Source: Oligoflexales bacterium (lineage in GTDB: Bacteria; Bdellovibrionota_B; Oligoflexia; Oligoflexales; JAPPIL01). Taken from it: a DNA stretch of 64,000 nt. Below are positions 28,253 through 37,281 of the stretch, in pieces; position 1 is the stretch's first letter; each line of letters opens with the position of its first letter. Both the position numbers and the translations under genes were made by a program. Below the pieces are notes generated by a model. It did not search any database. It was not told where the DNA came from and was given only the letters and a program-made list of their open reading frames with translations. The DNA is taken from contig OZ244057.1 of the NCBI GenBank assembly GCA_965215515.1, positions 416,001-480,000 of the forward strand, read 5' to 3'.

Positions 28253-31200
28253 AAAATATTTTTGTAAAAATAAAACGTAATTTTTCTCGCTCTAGCAATA
28301 TAAAGATTGATTTTAGCGACGATATAAATATCAAGAACATTGTATTGTCCGATAAGTTACAACGTGCTTTCGTTGATATCACTACTTCTATGCTCAACGA
28401 TAAGTCTAATCAGCGTGTGCATGTCTTAGCTGGCACACCTGGCACGGGCAAGTCAACTTTTGCTTTATTTACGGCACACAATCTTACTGCAAATAGCAAA
28501 GCAAAAGTTACCGCAACAGTTAAAAAACAGCGTCATATTGCTTCTCCTGATTTTTACAAAATATGGTCAGCGGTGAAGAATGTTAACTACCTACCTGTCT
28601 TTCTCAATGGCGATGAGGGTGAGATAGAAGAGGCTTTTCATGCGGCACTCAACGATGCTTTTGTTGCACATGGCTGGCGCAAGGAATTTGAACAACTGTC
28701 TATGAGCTGCTCGATACGGGCGGTAGCAATCATCAATGGCTGGCAAAAGAATTATCCCGATAAGCATCAGGAGTTGCAAAATTTTATTGCCGCACAGCCA
28801 ATTGGTAGCTTCCCAAAATTTATGCGTGCGTTACGTCAACACAGACGCTATGCACAGAAACTTTTTGTCGAGGCTTATCGTCAGATTACTGGTGGGGCAA
28901 GTGTAGGTTCGTATCGTCATGGTCAAGTTGTGGCTCTGTATCGTGGTGCTGTGAAATTTTTGCAGGAAGCAAAGGGGTTTGAGGGTATCTTTATCATCTA
29001 CGATGAGTTTGGCAAATATCTTGCCCGCGGAGTGCGCCAACCACATGATTTTGATCTACATTTTCTACAGGATATAGCAGAGCTGTGCAACAAGAGCGGC
29101 AAGCTGCACCTTCACATGCTGTTGATTACGCACTTGCCTGTTTCACAGTATACAACACAGTTGCCCAATGCTATTCAACAGGAATGGAAAAAAATTGAGG
29201 GGCGATTTCAGCAATCTTCTTTCAACAGCGGCTACGAGTCAAGCTATACACTGGTTGCAGCGGTGTTTTCCTCTGACATAAAACGGCGCAGCAAAAAGCT
29301 TTGGCAACACTTGTGTGCCTTGACCCGCGAGTGGCAGACACACAACAGAGCTTCAGGCAACATCGCCTCAGCGTGTGATTGTGCTGCAGAAACACTGAGC
29401 GACTGTTATCCCCTGCATCCGTCGGTGTTTGCTTTATTGCCGTTGTTGAGTGAAAAGGTTGCTCAAAATGAGCGCACCATGTTTTCTTTTCTTACCCGTA
29501 ACGAAGAGTTTTCATTGCCACATTTTCTGGAAAAAACGGCACTTAGCGAGAACAATTTACACTTTATGCGCCCCTATGATCTCTATTGCTACTTTCGTCC
29601 TTTGCTTGCTAGTGATGTTGGTATAGGTGGTGCTTGTAAGATAGCTATTGTTGTTGATAGTGTGTTAAACAGCCTTGATGCTGAGCAGAGCTGTGCGCAA
29701 GACATCGTTGCTGTGTTAGGTATTGCTGCCATTATCAACAATCGTTCGCTGCTTAAGACAAGCGAGCAATCACTCTTATCATTGCTGCATGGATTACATG
29801 ACTCGCAAGACATTGACGACACGCTGAAATTTTTACAGAAAAACAAAATGATCATCTTCGACAAAATAAAAACAGAATTCAGTCTTTTTGAGGGTTCTCC
29901 TGTTGATTTGCGAGAGGAGTTGAATAAAATCAGACAAAAAAGGCTTACAACGGATGGCTATACCAAAAATTTTCGAGACAATTTTCACGTTAATTTTGTC
30001 GTTCCCAAAAAATATAATTACGACAACGGTATCACGAGATTTTTTCGTGAACAACTACTATCTTTAGAGGAACTTGCCGCAGGTAAATATCGTGTTGACT
30101 ACAGCAAAGAAGACGGGCGAGTTTTTTATGTTGTGCCCTTCAACAACGAAGAAGTTCTGCGTATTAAAGATTATTGTCAACAAGCATCGTTAGCGTCTGC
30201 TCTGTTTGTAACTACTGATAAGCCAGTAGAAATAACTTCCGAGTTACTTGAGTTACAGGCAGTGACACAGCTGTATTCACACAAAGAGCTGCTGGCTACA
30301 GGAACGATGGTCAGCAAGGAGCTTAACCATTATCGTGAGACAGCACGTGAGTTGATCAGGAAAGCGTTGCGCCGTGTGCGCTCTAATCTGCATATGGGCG
30401 TTTCAGTTTTTTATCGTGGCAAGTGTGTAGAGGAAGGGGTAAAGACGATGGCGAGGTTAGCACAACTTGCCAGTCAGGTATGTACTGATGAGTATAGTAG
30501 TTATCCGTGCTTTTACAATGAGATGATTAACAAGCATCGTGTTAGCAACCCGATAATTCAGGGACGTATTCGTTTTGTCGAGGCTTGCCATAACAACTTT
30601 GCTCAACCTCGCTTTGGTATTGAGGGCGGCGGGCCTGAGTTTGCTATGTATCAAGCACTGATACGCACTAACAGCTTTGTATCCAAGGGTAGCAAGTGTG
30701 GATTTAAGCAGGGCAGTGCTCTGTTACCATTATTTAAAGATTTTTGTTCTCATCTACAAGCATCCGAGCGATCACCTATTAGCATGTTTGAGTTGATTGA
30801 GCGTTGGCAAAAACCACCGTTTGGGGTGCGTTTAGCATTGGTCCCTATCTATCTTAATATTTTTAGCAAGATGTCGCCCTCGCCGCTCAGTTTTTTCTAC
30901 GAGGGTCTTTATGTCAGCAAAGTTGATACCGATATGTTTGAGGCTTTGATCAAGCAACCCAAAAAATACAACCTACGCATGGTGATTATAGATACTAAAA
31001 AACGCAGCTATCTTCATGAACTTGCTAGTAAGTTTGCAGCACATCGACCCGATGCTTCATCTGTGGATAAGTCAACACTTGATTTTATTGCCGTTGCCAA
31101 GATTATCACGCGCTTTTATGCTCTCATCCCTAATTACACTCGCCGACACCCTTCATTGACAACGAGGGAAAAGCAACTGATCACTGCCCTTGATGGGTTT

Positions 31201-31965
31201 CGGCAGCCAGAAAATTTTATTTTAACAGAGTTACCGCTGTTGTATGCCAAGAAGCCGTTTAGTGATCTGGCTTTGCAGGAGCGGTCGTTATTTTTGCAGG
31301 CGTTGGAGCACGACATCGCTTCTTTATTCGGGCGTTATGTTGAGCTGATCAAGTGTTTAGCGCGGCATCAGAAGTCTGCTTTACAAAAACTACAACGCCT
31401 GAGTGGCAAGGTTGTTGTTGAAGAAATTACACGCGGCGCACCGCTGGCAACGTATTGGCAGCAGGTTGTGGGTAATTTTCCTGCGGATGTGTTGCTGTTT
31501 CCTTTTAGTGCCGTGACTACACGCTTTGTCAATCGAGCTATACAGTTAGGCAGTGATGCCAGCAATCAGCAGGCAGTTGAGAATATTGCCGATGCCTTGA
31601 CAGGTGCTAATCCCAAGAACTGGAGCGAGAAAGGCGAGACGTTGTTCAACTTCAATTTACGCCGCACTATTGCCGAAATTGAAGAAGTCAGCTGTTTGAA
31701 GGCACACAACAACACCAATCTTGTGAGAATTTCCAGTCTCCACCGAGCAGACAGCGAACCAGTCGTGCGTGAAATAGTGCGTGCCGAATTGCAACAGGAC
31801 AAGCACAAGCGTCTGCTAGAACGTTTCTGTCGCGAACTATCACACCTGCCAGACGAAGAAAAGAACAGTATCCTTCTGGCTGTGCTTGAACGCGTCAACA
31901 ACAAGGAACTACCCTCGCCATCAAAAATCACGGGCGAGGCCAGCATCAGTGCAGCTTGGGGTTGA
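28249..31965 (+). CDS. sspC: Large P-loop ATPase (SspC-like)
   Basis: GTPGTGKS (Walker A), IIYDEFGKYL (Walker B), EWKKIEGRF, YPLHP, AQNERTMFSFL, PPFGVR; overlaps the sspB stop. Confidence 0.85.
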   Translation: MKNIFVKIKRNFSRSSNIKIDFSDDINIKNIVLSDKLQRAFVDITTSMLNDKSNQRVHVLAGTPGTGKSTFALFTAHNLTANSKAKVTATVKKQRHIASPDFYKIWSAVKNVNYLPVFLNGDEGEIEEAFHAALNDAFVAHGWRKEFEQLSMSCSIRAVAIINGWQKNYPDKHQELQNFIAAQPIGSFPKFMRALRQHRRYAQKLFVEAYRQITGGASVGSYRHGQVVALYRGAVKFLQEAKGFEGIFIIYDEFGKYLARGVRQPHDFDLHFLQDIAELCNKSGKLHLHMLLITHLPVSQYTTQLPNAIQQEWKKIEGRFQQSSFNSGYESSYTLVAAVFSSDIKRRSKKLWQHLCALTREWQTHNRASGNIASACDCAAETLSDCYPLHPSVFALLPLLSEKVAQNERTMFSFLTRNEEFSLPHFLEKTALSENNLHFMRPYDLYCYFRPLLASDVGIGGACKIAIVVDSVLNSLDAEQSCAQDIVAVLGIAAIINNRSLLKTSEQSLLSLLHGLHDSQDIDDTLKFLQKNKMIIFDKIKTEFSLFEGSPVDLREELNKIRQKRLTTDGYTKNFRDNFHVNFVVPKKYNYDNGITRFFREQLLSLEELAAGKYRVDYSKEDGRVFYVVPFNNEEVLRIKDYCQQASLASALFVTTDKPVEITSELLELQAVTQLYSHKELLATGTMVSKELNHYRETARELIRKALRRVRSNLHMGVSVFYRGKCVEEGVKTMARLAQLASQVCTDEYSSYPCFYNEMINKHRVSNPIIQGRIRFVEACHNNFAQPRFGIEGGGPEFAMYQALIRTNSFVSKGSKCGFKQGSALLPLFKDFCSHLQASERSPISMFELIERWQKPPFGVRLALVPIYLNIFSKMSPSPLSFFYEGLYVSKVDTDMFEALIKQPKKYNLRMVIIDTKKRSYLHELASKFAAHRPDASSVDKSTLDFIAVAKIITRFYALIPNYTRRHPSLTTREKQLITALDGFRQPENFILTELPLLYAKKPFSDLALQERSLFLQALEHDIASLFGRYVELIKCLARHQKSALQKLQRLSGKVVVEEITRGAPLATYWQQVVGNFPADVLLFPFSAVTTRFVNRAIQLGSDASNQQAVENIADALTGANPKNWSEKGETLFNFNLRRTIAEIEEVSCLKAHNNTNLVRISSLHRADSEPVVREIVRAELQQDKHKRLLERFCRELSHLPDEEKNSILLAVLERVNNKELPSPSKITGEASISAAWG

Positions 31966-31978
31966 TGTGGATGTTAAC

Positions 31979-34459
31979 TTAGTCTTCACTTAGCTGCCGT
32001 ATTTTTTCTTCGTTAAGTCCCAACAAAAACTCGACATAATGGTTGGAAAAAAGATTTTCTATATATTCCCTGATTTCAATGACATTTTTATCTTGATTCT
32101 CTTCTTGTGATATCACAACCTTTTCTTTTTTAGTGATAGTAAAAAGAAATAGTGCATGGTAGTAAACAGTCATGAAATAATTTTTCTCATTCATTTTAAT
32201 TTTTTCTTCACTGGGATTTTTGTCTTTGTGGTTAAACTTTTTGAATACTGAACTATCCATATTAATGAATATTTGTTCTAGCTTGTCATCAACAAGTAAG
32301 TACACTACCTTGTTGTAATCCATAGTCCCGCCCATGTTTTCTATATCACTCCAGCATTTAGCTTTTGAGTCGTTATCGTTCTCCTTGTAAACTCTCACTG
32401 CCGGTGGCAACTTCAAATTAGCGGAATTAGTCTCTGTTCTTCTTGGTGTCTTTTGTAGGGCAGCAGTGGGTTCGCTTATCTTCACCCAAAAAATTTCGTC
32501 AAACTCTCCTTCAGGAGCGTTAGGGCTGCTTAGGCTCACCTTAATTTTTGCCTCATCACCAACCATGAGCTGCTTGTTGGGTGATAAGTGAAGTTTTATC
32601 TTGCCCTCTTGTGGGCTGCTCTTCGTTACAGTGAAAACATCCTCAATCTTTTCTGCTCTTCCTGTAGTGCAATCACTATCAGTATCGTTAGAGTTAAAAT
32701 CAAGCAAGCCAACATCCATATTGCCAGCCTCTTCAACACGATCAAAATAATTGTTTTCCACATCGGTATCGAAATAAATAGTTTTCTCACCTCCTCGTGG
32801 CACACTCACTGCATTAGTATCGTCACGTTTGCTGCGAAGCTTGAAATGTGCGGGAAAACGTTGGGGAGAAAATGGTTTCTCATCTTCGTGTCGCTTCTTT
32901 TTTATAGTTTTATAGGTGGGAAATATATCCCTACCCGCCTTACTTTTACCTGACTTTATAACTTGACTACACAGCCTTGCCAGTTCTTCACTCAACGGCA
33001 GATTGTGTGAAGTGGATTCGATTAGCTCCTCATTACCCTCATTGCCTGAAACAATAGATGCTTTACGCCGCTCTGAAATTTCTTTTAAACGTCCATCTTT
33101 GAGCTCACTTTTAAGAAACTCTCGCAGCTTTTTAGTTTCTTCACCGCCCTTCAGACGATCACGGGAAGCCATAAACAGCTCATCACGAAAACTTCTTTGC
33201 ACATCAGTGCAATCAACGTGAATGAGAAGATAGTCATTGAGCAAGTTCATCTTCAGCGACATGCTGATGAACTCACTAGTGAGATGGCCATGTACTTGAC
33301 CGTTGATAGAGAACAGTACTGACATGTTGTTCTTAAAAAACTCTCGTCGTATACTTTCTTTGGATTCTTTAGCGGTTTTGCCATCAATTTTTGCTTTAAA
33401 CACATAGCAGGTAATCTTTGTTGCTCCGATAGTCCTGTTACTCAAGCTAAGTGAAAAACTATCTTCAACATATTTATTCCCTTCCTCTTCCTCACTATTC
33501 TTGTCTCTGTTATCGCCCTTTTTTTCAAGCTTTCTCTTTAGACCATACAAGCCTCTCTTTAGGCTACTTTTAGGGTAACGTTCTTCCTTTTCAATGGTAT
33601 AAACAGGCAGAACAGGTTCAAATAGGTACTCGTTGATGCTTGCATTGAGGTCTCTAGATATATCAGATATTCCTTTAAGGGTGTAGGAATATAACTTGAT
33701 GATTGTGCCAGTAGTGAAGCTTCTCTTGAATAAGTTCAGCTCAAGGGTATCTACCGCAAAAGATGGTATTTCACCGTCAATTTTAAGGTATTCATACCAA
33801 GTATTTTTCTTGTTTTTCTCCTCTTCTGCAGTCATAGGGTGCTTTCTGATCAAGGTGAAGCCAAACTTGCCAGTGTCATCATATTTTTTTGAACCGATCA
33901 ATTGATAGCGTTTTTTGCCACAAAAGACGATAGCACCACTGCCACCCATATTGTATTTACCTTGCACAAACTGAATTTCATTCTTGTTGCCACGCACTAG
34001 AGACAGAAACGTATTCTCAAAATCATCTGGGTGCTGTCCTTCACCATCATCGTAAATTATCAAAGATGTGTCTCTCCTCTTCCCATCCGCTAATATTTGG
34101 ATATTCTCTGCCTGCTTATTTCTATTTTCAGTTAGATCCCAGTCCTTATATTCAGGGAAAAATTTTTCCTTTGCCTCTATCATCGACTGAGGAGCGTCTT
34201 TAGATTTGGGGTCAATACCTGCCTCTAAACATTTTTTAGTAAGCACTGCATCAATTGAGTTGGTGATTTTTTCTATCAATGCCGCTACAGGGTTAGCTTG
34301 CTGGTTCTCTACAATGCCATAGTTATTATCATTTCCACCGAGTGGCTGCCAATTACAGTCTGGCAATGCGTCAATGCTTTGCACAACCTTATCAACATCA
34401 GCTTCAGTGCCAGCGAAGTAGAGACGATTGAAAAGATCTTTCAATTCAGATTCTTGCAT
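31979..34459 (-). CDS. Uncharacterised 826-aa protein with N-terminal GHKL (Hsp90/MutL/MORC-like) ATPase
   Basis: EKITNSIDA (N box), IYDDGEGQ (G1), QGKYNMGGSG (G2), TGTIIKL (G3). C-terminal half not recognised. Confidence 0.75.
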   Translation of the reverse strand: MQESELKDLFNRLYFAGTEADVDKVVQSIDALPDCNWQPLGGNDNNYGIVENQQANPVAALIEKITNSIDAVLTKKCLEAGIDPKSKDAPQSMIEAKEKFFPEYKDWDLTENRNKQAENIQILADGKRRDTSLIIYDDGEGQHPDDFENTFLSLVRGNKNEIQFVQGKYNMGGSGAIVFCGKKRYQLIGSKKYDDTGKFGFTLIRKHPMTAEEEKNKKNTWYEYLKIDGEIPSFAVDTLELNLFKRSFTTGTIIKLYSYTLKGISDISRDLNASINEYLFEPVLPVYTIEKEERYPKSSLKRGLYGLKRKLEKKGDNRDKNSEEEEGNKYVEDSFSLSLSNRTIGATKITCYVFKAKIDGKTAKESKESIRREFFKNNMSVLFSINGQVHGHLTSEFISMSLKMNLLNDYLLIHVDCTDVQRSFRDELFMASRDRLKGGEETKKLREFLKSELKDGRLKEISERRKASIVSGNEGNEELIESTSHNLPLSEELARLCSQVIKSGKSKAGRDIFPTYKTIKKKRHEDEKPFSPQRFPAHFKLRSKRDDTNAVSVPRGGEKTIYFDTDVENNYFDRVEEAGNMDVGLLDFNSNDTDSDCTTGRAEKIEDVFTVTKSSPQEGKIKLHLSPNKQLMVGDEAKIKVSLSSPNAPEGEFDEIFWVKISEPTAALQKTPRRTETNSANLKLPPAVRVYKENDNDSKAKCWSDIENMGGTMDYNKVVYLLVDDKLEQIFINMDSSVFKKFNHKDKNPSEEKIKMNEKNYFMTVYYHALFLFTITKKEKVVISQEENQDKNVIEIREYIENLFSNHYVEFLLGLNEEKIRQLSED

Positions 34460-34682
34460 CTTGATAGCCTATCTTAATAGGTCTCCTTATCGTCATAATT
34501 TATGTAAAACTTAACATTGTTGTTAAAAAGTAGAGATTTCAAATTGTTAGACGATAAATAATCTTCTCCCTACGAGTAAACCCTCTTATTCCACACTTCC
34601 TGTTTCGGCAAGATTATTGTGTGATTTCTCATGAAAATAGTCTTTTATATTCAGTATGTTATGGTTAAAAAATACATGAAAC

Positions 34683-34723
34683 TTTACTTTTTGGCAGAAT
34701 TATCCGATAATAGGTGTAGGAGG
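34683..34723 (+). promoter_or_regulatory. Putative promoter and SD of the AbiE pair
   Basis: TTTACT-17 nt-GATAAT, then AGGAGG 5 nt before GTG 34729. Confidence 0.45.
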
Positions 34724-34728
34724 TTGTT

Positions 34729-35331
34729 GTGAAAAGGAAGACATCGCTACAAATGATGCAGGATGCTCTCAAGCCTGGCGGGGTATATCGTCGCTCCGAT
34801 TTTACTAAGCTGTCGTCTAACGTAGACCGAGACTTAGCCCAGCTGGTTGAGAACCGCAGTCTTCAGAGATTGCAACGTGGTATCTACCTATGTCCAAAAC
34901 ATACGATTTTTGGTCAAGACATACCAGACGAGAAAAAACTGCTATACAAGTTTCTGAATGACAATCGGTTTATTGTCTACAGCCCTTGCATGTTCAATAT
35001 GCTTGGGTTCGGCACTACCCAGCTGTATAATAAAGTAGTTGTTCTCAACTACAAAAGACAAGGCAAAATAGCAGTTGGCGATCGCGTTTTCTTTTTTCGC
35101 CGTCGCAAAAGAGTGCCTCGTACTGCAACCAAAGAATTTTTGTTAGTAGAAATGCTCAACTGTCGTTATGAGCTAGCCGAGGACATGCCGTGGGTTATAG
35201 GAAATATGCAGAAGCAATTACACCGATTTGATCGCAAGCTTCTTAAACGATCCGCTAAACTTTTTGGCAAAAGATCAACCCAAAAAACTGTAACACAACT
35301 CCTACAAGGACAGATACGTGTATCTCCATAA
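34729..35331 (+). CDS. abiEi: AbiEi-like antitoxin/transcriptional regulator (wHTH)
   Basis: VYRRSDF...VDRDLAQLV...LQRLQRGIY; FNMLGFGTTQL; overlaps the downstream AbiEii gene. Confidence 0.75.
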   Translation: MKRKTSLQMMQDALKPGGVYRRSDFTKLSSNVDRDLAQLVENRSLQRLQRGIYLCPKHTIFGQDIPDEKKLLYKFLNDNRFIVYSPCMFNMLGFGTTQLYNKVVVLNYKRQGKIAVGDRVFFFRRRKRVPRTATKEFLLVEMLNCRYELAEDMPWVIGNMQKQLHRFDRKLLKRSAKLFGKRSTQKTVTQLLQGQIRVSP

Positions 35332-36283
35332 CCGCAAGGACTTCAAAACCATAGTTAGATTATCTGCCGCTAAAAATAACGTCTTCAACCCCTATTTAGC
35401 AGAAAAAGACTACTGGATTATGCATTGCTTGCACAGCCTTTCATGTCTTGGTTTGCAGTTAGAACTAAAGGGGGGCACGTCTCTATCAAAGGGCTATGGC
35501 ATAGTTGAAAGATTTTCAGAAGATATTGACATAAAAATAGAGCCTGATGAACCTGTAACAGGTCTTAAGGTATACACAGGTAAAAATCACGACAAGAAAG
35601 CACACCGTCAGTCTAGAAAAAATTATTTTGATTGGCTTGCACGTGCTTTACATGGCAAAATTAATGGCATAACTAGTGTTGCAAGAGCTGAAAGCCTTGA
35701 CGACAAAAAGTTCAGAAACGGTGCTATTTTGTTGAGTTACAAATCACATTTCCGCGAAATAGAAGGGATAAGGCCTACCATCCTTCTAGAGGTTGGCTTT
35801 GACAAGACAGTTCCCAACAGCAAAAGAGACATCACTTCGTGGACTTTTGATGAAGGGCACGCCGCATTAGGTGATGCTATTACCGATAACAGAGCAAAGA
35901 ATATGCTCTGTTACGACCCAAGATATACGTTTGTGGAAAAACTGCAAGCAATTGTCAGCAAATACACTACATATAAAAATAACAAGCATGGTGTCAATCT
36001 TCCCAACAATTTTTTACGTCACTACTACGATATCTACTATTTGTTAGGAGTAAAAGAAGTTGTAAATTTTATTAATACTGATGAGTATAAGCGATACAAG
36101 CAAGAACGTTTCCGAAGTCATGACACTGTTATTAAGAATTGCGAGGGATTTAGTCTCAAAGATACCGAAGAGCGGAAAATATTCATGCACAGCTATCAAA
36201 CATCATCTGCTCTCTACTATAAAGGGCAGATCCCACTTGACAAAATACTAAAAAGAATCGCTGACTTTCTTCACATCCTCTAG
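35318..36283 (+). CDS. abiEii: AbiEii/AbiGii family nucleotidyltransferase toxin
   Basis: EKDYW, LKGGTSLSKGY, RFSEDIDI, TFVEKL, RHYYDIY. Confidence 0.9.
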   Translation: MYLHNRKDFKTIVRLSAAKNNVFNPYLAEKDYWIMHCLHSLSCLGLQLELKGGTSLSKGYGIVERFSEDIDIKIEPDEPVTGLKVYTGKNHDKKAHRQSRKNYFDWLARALHGKINGITSVARAESLDDKKFRNGAILLSYKSHFREIEGIRPTILLEVGFDKTVPNSKRDITSWTFDEGHAALGDAITDNRAKNMLCYDPRYTFVEKLQAIVSKYTTYKNNKHGVNLPNNFLRHYYDIYYLLGVKEVVNFINTDEYKRYKQERFRSHDTVIKNCEGFSLKDTEERKIFMHSYQTSSALYYKGQIPLDKILKRIADFLHIL

Positions 36284-36459
36284 CTGAGTGATTGCTTTGA
36301 TTTGCATGTTTCTGCCTCTCCTACCCACAATTTGTGTAAAAATTAAATTTATTGCTAAAAAAATAATCATATCAAACCACTAGACTATATTTATTGCTTT
36401 TGCCGACTTTATTTTCCATAGTGAAATATTAGGGCTAATTTAACAATTTATGGCGAGGC

Positions 36460-37281
36460 ATGATGAGCTATCTTAATGTTGAAGAGCAGGCACGCCACAT
36501 CGTTTCGTTGTCAGGGGGTAAGGACTCGACTGCACTAGCGGTGTATTTGAAAAACAAAATCCCCAACTTGGAGTATGTTTTTTGTGATACGGGGGCTGAG
36601 TTGGTCGAAACCTATGATTATTTGGATCGGGTCGAATCTTATTTGGAACGCAAGATTGTGCGCCTCAACAGCGGCAAGACGTTTGAGGAATTTCTCGATA
36701 AGCACCGCCAGTTTTTGCCTTCGCCACAGGCGCGTTGGTGTACGGCAGAGATGAAAATCAAGCCGTATGAGGACTATATCGGCAAAGATCGCTGCTACTC
36801 CTACATTGGCATTCGTGCTGATGAGCGGCGGGGTGGCTATATCTCTAGGCTACCGAACATCACGCCTGTATATCCATTCAAAGATGATGGCATCAATCGG
36901 GCAGGTGTTTACAAAATTCTGGAGGATTCAGGGCTAGGATTGCCAAAGTATTACGAATGGCGGTCACGTTCAGGTTGCTATTTTTGTTTTTTTCAGCGTA
37001 CCATTGAATGGGTTGGCTTGCTGGAGAGGCATCCCCAGCTATTTGCTAAAGCTGAAGAGTTTGAGCGACAGGGTTATGCAGGTGATGACGTAAAATTTAC
37101 GTGGGTGCAAGGAAGAACACTTGACTGGATCAGAGAAAACAAGGATAAGATCAAGGAATCGCACCGCATGAGGATGGAGAAGGCAGCTGCGATGCGGAAG
37201 AGCACTAATATTCACGATGTGTTTGCCGAAGCTACCGATCAGGAAACGGCCACCAAGCCTTGTGATATATGTGAGATATGA
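36460..37281 (+). CDS. sspD: PAPS-reductase family protein (SspD-like)
   Basis: SLSGGKDS (PP-loop), FCDTGAE, LPSPQARWCT, GIRADE, RSRSGCYFCFFQR, C-terminal CDIC. Confidence 0.88.
   Translation: MMSYLNVEEQARHIVSLSGGKDSTALAVYLKNKIPNLEYVFCDTGAELVETYDYLDRVESYLERKIVRLNSGKTFEEFLDKHRQFLPSPQARWCTAEMKIKPYEDYIGKDRCYSYIGIRADERRGGYISRLPNITPVYPFKDDGINRAGVYKILEDSGLGLPKYYEWRSRSGCYFCFFQRTIEWVGLLERHPQLFAKAEEFERQGYAGDDVKFTWVQGRTLDWIRENKDKIKESHRMRMEKAAAMRKSTNIHDVFAEATDQETATKPCDICEI

Noticed and set aside
26253..37281. BREX type 4 or Dnd system
   Set aside because: DUF4007, PAPS-reductase and ATPase genes also occur in BREX type 4, but no PglZ or BrxL is visible, nor DndB/D/E. The desulfurase plus SspE-like gene fits Ssp better.
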